DNA of 60,536 bases, the filler included, from Sphacelaria rigidula (taxonomy: Eukaryota), in NCBI GenBank assembly GCA_964200075.2. It is 7 parts of 7 records of this genome, joined end to end, with 100 filler letters (N's around TTAATTAATTAA, not from the genome) between each part and the next. Parts side by side here need not be neighbours in the genome. Positions count along the whole stretch, not along the records: positions 17,327 to 25,889 come from CAXNAA020010772.1; positions 25,990 to 34,551 come from CAXNAA020010773.1; positions 34,652 to 43,213 come from CAXNAA020010774.1; 4 more parts are not named here. One strand, 5' to 3'. Below, piece by piece: positions 25,320 to 37,538 of this stretch. The translations under genes and the position numbers were made by a program. Numbering within the stretch: position 1 is the first letter of the stretch; every line of letters begins with the position of its first letter. The notes under the pieces are model-generated. The model worked only from the letters and a program-made list of their open reading frames with translations. It was not told the DNA's origin and ran no database searches.

Positions 25320-25820
25320 CCAGGCTTTCAAAAGACTGATCGGGGCTCGAACAGTCTGTATTTGGTCAGCGGTGAATAACACAGCTATGGTCCAGGTAGC
25401 CAACCCATCTAGGAGACACGTCCAAATTGAACGCAACACTCTGTCAGGATACATCACACCTGTATCAGAAGCCAGAACAGCGAAAGTGACACACACCAGC
25501 AGTGCAGTAGCCGAGAACAAACAAAAAACCACTGACACGCGCCAAGAGTTCGAAAAAGCGTTCGAAAAAGCCTTGGCAAAATCTACTTTTACGCAGTCAC
25601 AGAGAAGTCAAATACTTGATCTGTGTACGAAGTACCAGACAGTCTTTTCGCACACAGCGCAGGAGTTAGGGTGCTGCACGATAGGTGAAGCGGGATTCCC
25701 ACTTAAGCAAGGTACACAGCCGGTCGACAGACAGCCGTACCGGGCCAACCCGCGAGTACAGGAAGTCATCGACAAGTGTGTACACGAAATGGAAAGAGAC
25801 GGGATCATCGAGCAAAGGGC
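25320..25820 (+). mobile_element. Ty3/gypsy pol fragment (region just before RT)
   Basis: VQVANPS...ELGCCTIGEAGFPLKQGTQPVDRQPYRANPRVQEVIDKCVHEMERDGIIEQR, a typical gypsy pre-RT motif; cut off by MITE A. Confidence 0.85.
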
Positions 25821-25823
25821 TGT

Positions 25824-25889
25824 AAACAGTGTTTTCGTGAGATTGAGAGTAGATGATACGATTGAGAGTGGCTTTGACCATTCGCTTTA
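25824..25889. mobile_element. Left end of MITE family A
   Basis: AACAGTGTTTTCGTGAGATTGAGAGTAGATGATACGATTGAGAGTG is the reverse complement of 29-74 (1 mismatch). Confidence 0.8.
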
Positions 25890-25989
25890 NNNNNNNNNNN
25901 NNNNNNNNNNNNNNNNNNNNNNNNNNNNNNNNNTTAATTAATTAANNNNNNNNNNNNNNNNNNNNNNNNNNNNNNNNNNNNNNNNNNNN
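25890..25989. other. Artificial contig linker
   Basis: N44-TTAATTAATTAA-N44. Confidence 0.98.
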
Positions 25990-26971
25990 GTAAATCCTCA
26001 GTTTTCCATCAACGGTTCCAAAAGGGTTAATTTCAATTTTTTTAGTTGCTGGACCCGTGATCTTCTGCATTTTGATCATAAAAAGCTGCTGTCAAAATTT
26101 CAGCGTCCAACTCCTAATACCGCGCCGTGCGTCGCGTGAGCGAGGTTCACGCCTACTTCTGGCTGGCCCAGCTTGTACTGTAAAGAGGACATTGATTTTG
26201 TGGGGAGCCGCGGTCGCATGTTACACATGCACGATGCAAGGCTGATTTGCCAGCACTATACCAGCATGCCTAGGAGGGACAAAATGACAGGTAAGTGGAA
26301 TTGAACTGGTATCTTATACGCCATTTCACGTTTGCCATCTACACAGCGCGACCATGCGCCAGAGTCCGCACAAACGTAGGTTAAGATGTTTGGGGGCACT
26401 CACCGTCGGATACGCGGCCGGGTGTCACACCTAGGCTCCGATCTTGCGATAACCAGATTGGCGCAATGAACGCACTGCAGAATTGAAACAAAGATCCCGC
26501 CAACAGTAGACGCACCGCAGACAAACTCATGCTTCCTCTTCTCCAGCTCGAGAACGAGTGTGACGAAACGGAGGGCTCTCCACGATACGTCTCAACAGAG
26601 ATTCCACATAATCTTGTTCAGACCCGCGGTCGAAATTCAAGATCTCACACGGAAAAACAACACCACTAATATATGCTTCTACATATAACCTTTAATATTA
26701 GCAAGTGTTATCTGTTTCCTATTATACATATCTTCACAAGAGAAGCAAGGAAGAGGAAAATACTGTGAAATTGGCCTGCAGAAAATGAAACAAATTGGAT
26801 CACGATAGACATCACGTAGAGTAGATCATGACCAAAGTTAGCTGCCCTGCACGCCCTGACGGTATGACCACCTGCCTCCTCTGCCGGTTGCACGGCAGAG
26901 AGGTTGTCAACGACTTTGCCTGACCAGTAGCGGCAGGGTCAGTCCTGTAACGTGGCTCTGTAGCTCTGGTC

Positions 26972-27343
26972 ATGGCCATCGATCAAGAAAACTCAGGAAA
27001 AGGTGCTGTGGTACTACCCATTTGTGCGAAGGACACTTCGGCGTGCCACACCCGACCGCACACTGTGGGCAGTGCGGAGCCCGAGATGTCCGTGCTCGCG
27101 GGTGAAGAGGTACCAGCGGCGGCCACCGATGACAAACAGACATCCACACCCACATCGACATTGAACGAAGAAGGCATAGGCTGCCGAGAAAAGACCCCGG
27201 AATACCCTATCAAAGTTGATGCTGGTAATGGTCAAGCACTTGGTGCAGATGGGAAGGATGGGGAACCGCCGAGAAGGGTATCAAAGGACGACTTTCAGCT
27301 GCTGAAAGTAATAGGCATGGGCGCTTTCGGAAAAGTTCTCCAG
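26972..27343 (+). CDS. First coding exon of an AGC-family (S6K/RAC-like) Ser/Thr kinase
   Basis: Ends ...RRVSKDDFQLLKVIGMGAFGKVLQ (subdomain I GxGxFG). Kinase similarity stops at CAG|GCGAGT, a GC donor; later exons not found on the contig. Confidence 0.85.
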
Positions 27344-27926
27344 GCGAGTGACAACGTGATCGTAACTGATTTATACATTTCAGGAGCGCTGCGGGACAAA
27401 GTAGACACTGCCGCGTACATACGAACAATTTCTCCAATGCCCGCAATTGGTCTAGAAACTGACCGCACTTGTGTTGTACCGAATCGCACCATGACCCGAG
27501 TGGACGTGCTTTCGTGACGTACGTCCATGTTTTTTTAGTACAAGCTACTCCAAAGAGAGTATGTACGATTCAATTTTTACTTGAAAAGCGTATGCGTGAT
27601 CCAGATGGACTACCCGCACCGCGGTCCAAGGGTTGAGAGAACCTGCTGTCAGAGTAGAACCATTTTCACAGGACCCTGGCGCGTACACCCGCTTGTCCAA
27701 CGAACTACATTTTGAATCCACCCACGGCCAACAGAGCTGGCATGGAATCCATCACTCGGGAAGCGACGATTGCCTGAGGCTAACTTGGCACAACGCATGA
27801 AAGTATACGTACTATCAAATAAAAATGAATCCTTGGTGTTTAGTCAACATCATATATGACGAAAGGAAATTGCGTCGTCCGGGAGCGTGTAGCGAGGGAG
27901 TATGGAGCGAGGCAGTACGGTGAGCA

Positions 27927-28177
27927 GAGCAATGCTACGGTAGGGGTGCACGTCTTCCGCAAAATCTTGTCTGGTTCAAGGGCTACTCACGATTCTAGAT
28001 CCACAAGATTATGGCTGATGGCATCCCCGTTTGCAATTTCATTCGGGATATCCCTGTTTTATAGCACATTGGAAGAGTAATCCTGGCGTACTCTTACATA
28101 TTTCATAAGTCTTGTTCAGGATGAGATGAAGGGCTCTCAACAGAACATATTTGTGCACCCCTACCATAGCATCATTC
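27927..28177. mobile_element. MITE family B (reverse copy)
   Basis: GAGCAATGCTACGGTAGGGGTGCAC...GTGCACCCCTACCATAGCATCATTC. Confidence 0.75.
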
Positions 28178-28234
28178 ACGAAACACGCAGAGATGAATCA
28201 CCACGAGCTGGATTGACGGCCTGTATGTAATTAA

Positions 28235-28984
28235 CCCCCAGACCGCGATGTGGGTAGTCCATCTGGATCACGCACGCTTTTTTAAAGCGAAACTGATGCC
28301 GAGTCAGCAGATGACCTACCCTCGCGGTCAGAGGGTCAACCCGCACACCGCGATTCGGGTAGTCCATCTGAATCACAAGCTTTTTTCAAGTGAAATTGAT
28401 AGGGTTGTGTTATGTAAGGTACGGGTACGTTCTGTAGGGTATGAGATTCCGTACAGAGTTTACAGAACTGTCGGGTACCGGTATGAAAGTCTTGCACACT
28501 TTACAGAACTTGTCGGGTACGGTACGGGAGGCTTACAGATAACCGGTACCGGCAATCGGGTAACTCTTTTCGGGTATACCCGTCCCTCGGGTTCCGGTAA
28601 ATGTCATGTACAGAACTTACAGAACTGTCGGGTACCGGTATGAAAGTCTTGCACACTTGACAGAACTTGTCGGGTACGGTATGAGAAGCTTACAGAAAAC
28701 CGGTACCGGCAACCGGGTAACTCTTTTCGGGTATACCCGCCCTTCGGGTTCGGGTAAATGTATTGTACAGAACTTACAGAACTATCGGGCAAGGGTTTGA
28801 AAGTCTTACAGAGATCACAGAACTGTCGGGTATCGGTATGAAAGTCTTACATAAGTCACAGAACTGTCGGGTACAATACATACCCGGAAAAATACCCCGG
28901 GTATACAGAAAACCGTACCTTACAGAACACAACCTTGGAAATTGATGCCGATTCAGTTGGTGACCTACCCTCGCGGTCAAAGGG
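28235..28984. mobile_element. Tandem dimer of mini-MITE C; second copy split by a hAT insertion
   Basis: Copy 1 is 28235-28335, then a TCAA junction. Copy 2 is 28340-28399 plus 28938-28984, ending AGGG|TTAA. Confidence 0.75.
28400..28937. mobile_element. Non-autonomous hAT element with internal tandem repeats
   Basis: 25-bp imperfect TIR (TAGGGTTGTGTTATGTAAGGTACGG / CCGTACCTTACAGAACACAACCTTG), perfect 8-bp TSD GAAATTGA, many ACAGAACTGTCGGGTA motifs and an internal ~160-bp duplication. Confidence 0.9.
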
Positions 28985-29319
28985 TTAACCGTTTTTCCCG
29001 TCATGATTAAGCGTTTCCCTGAACGGCTAGACACTTGTAATTAACCGTTTCCCCGAATGGCAGAGGTTACGTTGGCACAACGAATGGCTTTTTCCGATGC
29101 AGTCACATCCGTTTTTTCCGTTTCTTACTGGCCATCTTTCGGTGTGCTTGTGGTTGGGAAGTGTAAACTACTCCTCCCAAAAGGTTCATGGGCCCAAAGC
29201 GGACACGACTGATTCGATGAATGTATGGAGCGGCGAGACATTTACACTAAAAATATATTTGATTTGATTTGATAATAATAATAACAAAAATAGTGATGAA
29301 ATAACCTTCCGGTATATGG

Positions 29320-29470
29320 AGCCGCACCAGCCAGAGTCACACATGAAAAAGGTCGCAGAGGATGTTTTTTCTTCTCCACCTTGCTTTTGCGGTGCCGTCC
29401 TCAATTTCTTTGGCGAGAAGGGTGCGACCAACCCTTCCCCTCGTCGACAGCTGAATTGAACTTTGTTGGG
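29320..29470 (-). mobile_element. Diverged SINE body fragment
   Basis: GCACCAGCC.G.GTCACACA...TTTTGCGGTG...CCCTCGTCGAC, similar to the 22445 copy. Confidence 0.55.
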
Positions 29471-32400
29471 ACCTGAAATTGCACACGTCGGACAGCTCAT
29501 GAACTACCTAAAATAACTAATCGAAGATCACTCTCAGATCTAGTGCACAAAAACACAAAACACGTGACAACAGTGCTCAAGAAGCCAAAGCGTTACCTTC
29601 CCGCTACACCGCGTGCTCGGCGTCCATCGCTGTCGGGAGCTAATACGGAAATAGTGGCCAACTGAGCTAGCACATGATCCGTATCAGTACTCTAAGAAGT
29701 AATATTCAGGTAGCTCATGAGCTGTCCAACGTGTGTAAAATTGTGAACAATGATTAACCCTTAGACGACGAGCGTCGCCTCGGAACAGTTGTACAGGCTG
29801 ACAGTTCGGAGACATCCGGGGGTTTCCAGGGCTCGGGAGGGGGGGGGTGTCTCTCCGCGGAGCATCGGAGAAGCTCACGGAGTCAACCATGTGTGTTTGG
29901 AACTTTCTCGCGGAAAGTTATGAGCCGTGCACGAGGCCCGAGTGGCACGGGATGACCATTCTGACCAATCACGGTCGTCAAAATGAGCATTTCTGTTCCG
30001 GTAGAGGTAGACAGCTGGTAAACACATTCGCTGTCTACCCTCAAATCTCTTTTTCGATCATGCCAAATCAACCATAGATCATATAACCAAAGAGCAGGTG
30101 TTTGAGCATCTTCGGTACACAGTGTTTATCTGTTCAGTACTGCCTGAGCGTCCCACTAGCTCCACACCCCCATCTTGTATAACACATCATGGCGCAACAT
30201 GCGGGCGGCGGCCATGAGTATCCCACGCACGAAGTTGTAGACAAGTACTTCGACGGTGAGGCGACCTCCATCGCCGAGCAATTGCTCTACGGTAGTCGGG
30301 GGCGTTCGCGGCGGTAATCATGGTGCAATATCCAAACGCACGCTGCGTACACTCGGCATGTTCATCACGGCAAGATCCACTACGCTGCAGACCGCACGTG
30401 CAGCCGCGGCACGATACACTGCAAACTGTACAGCAAAAATGTGAGGCATAATAATCAGGTGGTCGACAACCACATCACCGCCTGTGTTATGACTCTCACA
30501 ACTATGTGCCTCTTGTGCACTCCCAGTCCCTTCCGCCGTACAGTAGGCGTTTTGAGTTGTGACAAAAGAATAATTCTGAACCCAAAATGTGGAGCGTCCA
30601 CCTCTGTCTACCAGCGGGAGGGTCGCTGCTGGTCCTGGAATTGCTGAGTTGCTGCAGTTTTTCAATTTGGGGGGTTAGCCCTCAGCATATACTTGATCTA
30701 CAGCTGTGTTCTGTGGAGTGAAGCCAGGGTAGGGAGACTGAGGGCGTGTCTTCGCACGTATTTTTTTCGGTCGAAAAAGTGCTGTCGAAAATATCTTTTT
30801 CAACCCTTTTGGAACCGTTGATGGAAATTTGACGATTTACATTTGACATTTTTTCAGGCAAGAAATGGTTGTTTTTCTTCAGCTTTTGAGCAACCCATTC
30901 GCCCAAAGTGTGTTTTTCAGACCCGTGCGAATGGAACGTGGAAGAAAAGAAGGTTGGGACGGTTCTCTTTTTTACGGGTACTGTATGACGAAATGTTTGA
31001 CCCGTCGGTGTTTTGTAACCCCGGCCAGAGTGCACGGCTGACTCTCCGTGACGCAACCTTCACGCCGCACCTGCAGTAGATGCTTTGCACCGCATCATGG
31101 CAAGCTTGCGCCTACGTTGAAATAACGAAGGCGAAACCGACGGCACATTTACCTCACTTATGCCCCCGTCCACTGTCTGTATTCGCAGTCACCGTCAGGC
31201 CCTGTAGGGATGTGTTCACCTACTCCTCTGTGCTGCGTGTGATCATGATATTTTTAGCTTATGTCAAAGGTGAACGCATGCCGTGCACACTACTGTACCC
31301 TGTCGTACGCGTTTATACGACACCAAACTGCGGTTCGATCATTCCATAACGGCGACGAGGATGTCATGTACCCCGCCGTTATACATGCTCCTGGTGTAGC
31401 GTAGGCGGGGGCCGTTACTTTGACATATCCGATACAGGCTGTCACTTTGTAGGCTGTGATCTTACGGCATATCTCATCCTGCGCTTTTTCCTGTGCGTTC
31501 CCACAACACCACCTCTATACTGGGGGTTGGTCATCTTTGGACTGCACAACCGTACTTTGTGCTGCGTGAGGTGTATTACTCCGGCTGGCGCTATCGCCTT
31601 TGGACCGTCTGTCCTCGTGGGTGGCGTTGGGGTTTCATGCAATGATATTGCATACCTTCTGTCTTGTGGCATGGAAGACCGTTACATCGTTTTTCAGTCA
31701 TACTGGACTGTAGTGAAGTGTAGTCACTGACTGTAGTTACAGTTGGGTTAGGCTGGTTGCGAAAGGCTGTCCCGGTCGTTTGTCGACCGTTTTGCTAGTA
31801 TATCGCCTGTCTGGAAGCTTGCAATCACGTCCGCCTGGTGTCTCCTACATAATCCTGTGTGCCTCGCTGCGTGTTCTCTTGCTGCGGTTACTGTGCTGAC
31901 GCTCGGTAAGCGAGCGGGGGGGCCGGTGTGAGCCGGGGGGCAATGGGCTGCCCCAACCGTTGTTGCAGCTTTTTCAGCGAAACGCCTGGCAGCGTCCTGA
32001 CCGTGCTTGTTAGCCACCTCTTCCAGCTGAACGTGAATTGCAAATGGGTCGCTCTTCAGCGCTTCCACATGTGGCGACGGGATTTCCACATGCGCCGCCA
32101 TATCATCGTCGCCGGCCGTGTGGTGTGGCTTCCTACGCTCGCGAACTGTTGGTGATGCAGCCCACCCAAACGATGCTCCATTCAAATTTCAAGTATACTA
32201 GTGCGCCACTCTAAGTTTAACTGTACTAATGTGACGGGTTCGTGCACCGAACTCGAATTGACGTATTTACAGATTCTACTGACAAAAATCACATGTACAG
32301 GAGTTTGTACTGTTTTGCAAGAGTTTCGTCGATGCACACAACTGGACACACTTCGCCCGTCGCGTGATATCAGTGGACAAACCCAACCCGACCGCTCCGG

Positions 32401-32654
32401 GGTTTCATTTTCGGTACATCCATGACGTGTGCGTCTTTGGTCTTCCACAGTAAGAATGGTTGCTGTCGGTCTTTTTTGTTTCCATCTTTTCTTCTTTGTC
32501 AGGGTTTCTCATAATGAGGCGTCTGGCTCGGGGACGGGAGGGGAGGGTTCCAAAAGGGTTAATCTGATAGGTCCACCGCATCTCTATTCCTAGTTGGCTT
32601 CGACTATTTTTCATAATTAGGCCGCTGCTTTGAGCAGACAAAATCGTGAATCTG

Positions 32655-33085
32655 GAAAAGTGCTTTTTTGGAGCTTTCAAGTTGTTTTACGCCCTGAAGG
32701 AGAACTAGGTGGATTTCGACTCCTTGGAATGACTTGCGGTACTCGTTGAGACGGTTCCAGCACGGCTGTGCGTTTTTCCGGTGGCCGCAGTTTCTTTCTT
32801 TCCCAGACTTGCATTTTTCTCGGAGACCGCTCACTTTTGTCGGAGATCGGTCGAGTCCATATAAATATGCGAAGTTTCTCTGCACGTGACCGGTGTCAGA
32901 GAAAAATGAACGATCTCCGAGAAAAATGCAAGTCTGGGAAAGAAAGAAACTGCGTCCACCGGAAAAACGCACAGCCGTGCTGGAACCGTCTCAACGAGTA
33001 CCGCAAGTCATTTCAAGGCGTCAGAATCCGCCTAGTTCTCTTTTAGGGCGTGAAACGACTTGGACGCTCCAAAAAAGCACTTTTC
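32655..33085. repeat. Long near-perfect palindrome (foldback), ~200-bp arms
   Basis: Mirror ORFs 32604..32972(-) and 32768..33046(+) translate to the same peptides; arms 32655-32855 and 32885-33085. Confidence 0.9.
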
Positions 33086-34551
33086 CGAATTTACATTTTT
33101 TTCTGCTATAAGGAGGCCTGAGTGGCGCGCGGAGAATAAGTAAAAAATAATGGAGCCAAGTTTTTTTTGTCAAAACGGCGGTCGAAAGGCACAAGGGGTA
33201 CTTGACTCCTATTTTACAGACCACGCGCCAGATAGCAACTCATTCTCAGCTACCACCGCAATCCTGCAGCATAGAGCACGAGTTGAGCACAGGGATAGAT
33301 ACACTGCAGTATTTGAGTATGCTTTGTTTATTTTTTGTTGTCGAAAACTAGCGCATCTTATTTCATGGTAGGATCAGCGACGAAACTGCGTGGTACGGTG
33401 GGCAGCCGACTCCCGTACACGCACGCTCATGGGAAGTGCAGGCAGTACACAGCTGCACGTTGTCCAAGTCCTTCTCACGTCGCCTTGTAAGCAGAGATAT
33501 AGATAGTCCTGAGTTGTCTGTACTGCACGTTGCCCGCTCCTGTTTCACGTCCTACTGTTATGGGTGGGCCTGACCCCCCAAAATGAGCCAAAAAAGTGTC
33601 ACTGACCAAAAGCACGAACAGACCGGAGATCTCGTTCATCCCCTGATTATGCACGCCGTAAAATCCCCCCAAGTACCTGTCATTTGAGTCGGGTTTCCAC
33701 TTGACGATTTCCCATTTTCGTTGTCCCGGGCTACAAACCACGGCGTACCTAGGCTACTCACCAGCGTGTATGTGTCCAAGCTACAATCTGGAAAGATTGT
33801 AGAACCAAAGGAGTTATGGTGATCGAGAAAATCGCAAAAAACCCATGTTTTTCTCACTCAATTTGTAATAAAACTCGAATCCCGATGAGATGAAGAAAAA
33901 TGTTCACCAAGTTTTCAGCTGCCGTCTTGGCGCAGATGATGCAAAAAATTGTATCCCAATCGATGGCCTTGATGAGTAATTGGGGCAACCGTTTGGGCTA
34001 CGGGCGCAATCGAGCACCTCCAACCCTCGCCGGTTTTCACGACATGCGAACACGTCACCCCTGTCCGACGGCCTCAGAATAGATTACACTCATGGATGAC
34101 TCTTGATACTGCAGATGGTTGATACATCACATGTGTGGAATGTTCGGCAGGTAGGTGTAGAATTGAACCTTTGACCAAACCCCTAGAGGCTTCCGCGTGT
34201 GCGGATATTTACCCCCACATCTGTGCATCGCTTGTGATAGTGGCAAGAGTAGCGCTCGTTCTCCTGCACCCGGTGCCATCACCACGCCACCGTCGATAGC
34301 GTAGCTTTGTATCTCATCTCACCTGGCGGCAAGTGTGGACAAACTCTGAACTGACGGAGAAAAGAAAGCCACAGAGAATGGTAGAGGCACAGCTCCCATG
34401 AAAAGATCCGGATTTCGGTGTTCACAATAATATCGAGATGGATCAACTTATCCGCCCCGATTGTCAACTACACTGCGTCAAGGCGACACAGAAGACAGCA
34501 TAAAGTCGTCAGCCCACTTTTGCTGAAGCCACATGGCACCGGAGCCCCATT

Positions 34552-34651
34552 NNNNNNNNNNNNNNNNNNNNNNNNNNNNNNNNNNNNNNNNNNNNTTAAT
34601 TAATTAANNNNNNNNNNNNNNNNNNNNNNNNNNNNNNNNNNNNNNNNNNNN
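34552..34651. other. Artificial contig linker
   Basis: N44-TTAATTAATTAA-N44. Confidence 0.98.
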
Positions 34652-34729
34652 GTCTCTTGCAATAGGCGCAATAGTCGATACTGTACGCAGTACACTTTTT
34701 GACTGCGTATTCTTTTGTCCACGGTATGT

Positions 34730-34888
34730 GCGACTCGCCGAACAAACCACGGCGCTTGGCGCTTGGTGATCAAGTGCGAGCCTAGTCCGGCGAGAACCTA
34801 GAGTGCTCCGTCCCGGCTTTGTTGGGATGCGAGGTCAATGGTCTTAGGACTATGGCATGCATGATCATGAGTACCCTCCCCCCCCCCC
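34730..34888 (+). mobile_element. LINE subfamily B 3' end with C-tract
   Basis: Ends GGATGCGAGGTCAATGGTC...GCATGCATGATCATGAGTAC(C)n; second copy at 36122-36280; homologous to the subfamily A end. Confidence 0.7.
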
Positions 34889-34911
34889 TGCGCACACTTT
34901 GGAAGCCCCCC

Positions 34912-35793
34912 AACGAGTAATACAGTATTGAGAGCAGAATCGGGAGTGCACCCACTTACAACAAACAGAGGCATGAAGAAATGAAGATGGCAATATAGCG
35001 TGAAGAACATGCAGAGAAAGAGATTGATAGCCATAGTTGATATTGTCGTATGGGAAAAAGTGACGAAAGGGCAGGGTGGAATGAGGTGGGATAGAGAGGT
35101 CGAGAAAGTATGGAAGGAGATAGGAGGAAACCAAGACGAAATACTGTCCATAGGTGAAAGTGCGGGGTACAAAACAAAAGGAGGAGACATGATCGAAATA
35201 AGGGAAAAAGAAATGCTAAGACGCAAAGTAGACGAGGAAGAACATCTGAAGATATACGGGGAGTCGAGAGAGGGGATCGGGATGAGAACATATCTGCACG
35301 GCGCAATGGACGCGGTGAAAGATTTGAAAGTGCGATTTTCGGGTGGGGGACCTGGACCTGCCGGGAAGAAGAAAAAGATACTTCGTATACCAGTAGTCTT
35401 GTGGAGGAGGAAATAGATGCACAGGATTGCCCCTATGGCAAAGCAATACAGAGTAGAAATCATATAGTTGGAGAATGGGAACTAAACAATGAGGAACGGG
35501 ACGTGCTAGAGGGGGAAATGCGGGACGTGAACGCAGGTGGCATAAAATCGTTTGGTATATGAGACAGTAGGGAAAAAAGGACGGCTATACTAGGAGATAC
35601 ATAGTGGCAACAGACGGCGAAACAGGACGGGGATAAGATATGTAAAAGGTTCTTGTCGTGAGTGAAAGAAACGAAATGAGCACCCAAATGTAGAAGGTGT
35701 CTCTATTTGGAGTGGGAACAATGCTCCGTCTCGAAAGGGGTACGTGGTCAATTGTCAAACGACTAAGGCAAGCAACAAATGAGTACGCCCCCC
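34912..35793 (+). mobile_element. 5'-truncated LINE subfamily A (post-RT region and 3' end)
   Basis: Colinear with 54922-56030 (reverse); ends AAATGAGTACGCCCCCC. Confidence 0.9.
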
Positions 35794-36121
35794 TCAAGGG
35801 TTGACGTCGGTTGGCAACGACGCTGTAAAGCATGCCGCTCACTGCGTAAGCTAGGCAACCAGGTTACTGTTTAGTTTTCGCTTGCGTTTTCTTCGCGGTA
35901 ACCATGATGGTCGAGCTGGATCATGTTGTGCAGGGGGGAGAACCCGGACTTCGCGCAAAAGGAATGATGAGACACCCATGAGGCAGTGTTTAACCCATGG
36001 GTGCCTCTGAAAGTGGTGATACCAGAAGATGAAGCCATTCATCGCAGACTATCATCCATATGCAAGTCACGTCGTACACTTCGGGCCGAATAATCTTGGC
36101 AGGATGCAGCTCATCCTTCAT

Positions 36122-36280
36122 ACGACTCGCCGAATACATCACGGCGCTACGCGCTTGGTGAGTGACTGCGAGCTTGGTCCAGAGGAAACCTGATGCGCTC
36201 CGTTCGGTGTTTGTAGGGATGCGAGGTCAACGGTCTGATGAGCGCAGCATACACGATCATGAGTACCCCCTCTCCCTCCC
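36122..36280 (+). mobile_element. LINE subfamily B 3' end
   Basis: Similar to 34730-34888; ends GATCATGAGTACCCCCTCTCCC. Confidence 0.7.
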
Positions 36281-36375
36281 GCCTGTAGAAGCTACCTTGC
36301 CCTGTCGAAGCATCGGGAGAGCAAATAATACCGTTGCCCCGATCTACCGATGCCCTATGGCATGATGGTGCTTAC

Positions 36376-36447
36376 CGTGAGCACGAAGAAGATCGCCCAG
36401 CACACGTACCGTGACCCGATGTCCGATATCATTCCTACGTCGATCAA
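36376..36447 (-). CDS. Candidate internal exon of a multi-pass membrane protein
   Basis: Pyrimidine-rich CAG acceptor, ACG|GTAAGC donor, phase 0/0; LIDVGMISDIGSRYVCWAIFFVLT. Confidence 0.55.
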
Positions 36448-37421
36448 CTGGTACGGCGAGATGGAGGGCAGATCATCGGAGCAAGGAGGGAGGGAATACA
36501 TGTAAAATGTGGAAAAAAAAGAGAACGGACGCTCGGTGAAAAGTAGGAACGGATAGAATATCGGAAATAATGTCTCAGCAAGCGCCCCAATATGTCGATT
36601 GAGCATTGAATCAGTATATATATATATATATAGTACCCTTGTTACCTGCACTCCACGCGTATCTGATGAAGGCTGAACCCACCAAAGAGGGGCAAGCAGA
36701 CGGTCTTTGCAAAGAAGAGAAGGGAGTGTAGCAAGCTAGAACATAACACAACGTGGTTCCCCTGTAAACGCACAAGCGCACATGAGTACGCCACACGAAT
36801 AAATCGGCAGTCCGGGCACTTATATCACTTATCAATGAGTTACGAAATAAAATCGGCCTGGTAGCAGCTATGGCGGGGAAAAAAAGAAGAAAAATGGCTG
36901 AGCAGAGTGGAGCTGAGCTGCCCCGATTGTAAAGGAAACTGGTACAGGAATGTTCTGGGCACGAAGACACACGGGTGTAATATCTGGCATCTGACCTACA
37001 GCATTTCATTTCACTCGGCATCACAGTCTGCCAATTAGTCTCCTGCAGTCGATACCAACAGTAAACGCGAGAAGAGCGAAAAATAAATCTACATACGCGG
37101 AAGATGACAGCGCTACTGCAAGAAGGAAACTGTTCAAAGGCTGGGTCTTCTCCTCCACGATTCGCTTGAAAGCTCAACATTCCGTGATTTCAAATGTATT
37201 GGCGAACGCGTAGAATGCACACAAAAAAGATCCAACGACAACGTCCACGCGGTTTAACGAGGTGGCCACAAATGCAACCTCTCCGAAACTTGGGTTACAG
37301 GTACTGAATAAACGTACGCTTATGCTTCACGGGATCGGGGAGGGGGGGAGGGGATTTCCCCTGAATCTCGGTCCACCTAGGACGTAATAATCAATACGGA
37401 TGGCACGGATGGCGAGCTCAC

Positions 37422-37538
37422 CAAAAACAGTAAGGGAATTGCAAGACCGGCCACCGTGTTCCAACGAGCCATGGCTTGAGAGCGCACCGCGAGCCACCCG
37501 GCGACCAAGCCGAATAGAATACTGGAAATAAGTGCCAC
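37422..37538 (-). CDS. Candidate internal exon of a multi-pass membrane protein
   Basis: TTTACAG| acceptor, TTG|GTGAGC donor, phase 0/0; VALISSILFGLVAGWLAVRSQAMARWNTVAGLAIPLLFL (two hydrophobic segments). Confidence 0.6.

Noticed and set aside
28400-28937. Short repeats with spacers resembling a CRISPR array
   Set aside because: Spacers are themselves repeated, and the block is bounded by TIRs and an 8-bp TSD, so it is a hAT derivative.
30189-30255. Possible short exon MAQHAGGGHEYPTHEVVDKYFD with G|GTGAGG donor
   Set aside because: No partner exon or homology recognised, and it is not kinase sequence.
31748-32185. 145-aa minus-strand ORF
   Set aside because: No recognisable domain or clear splice signals.
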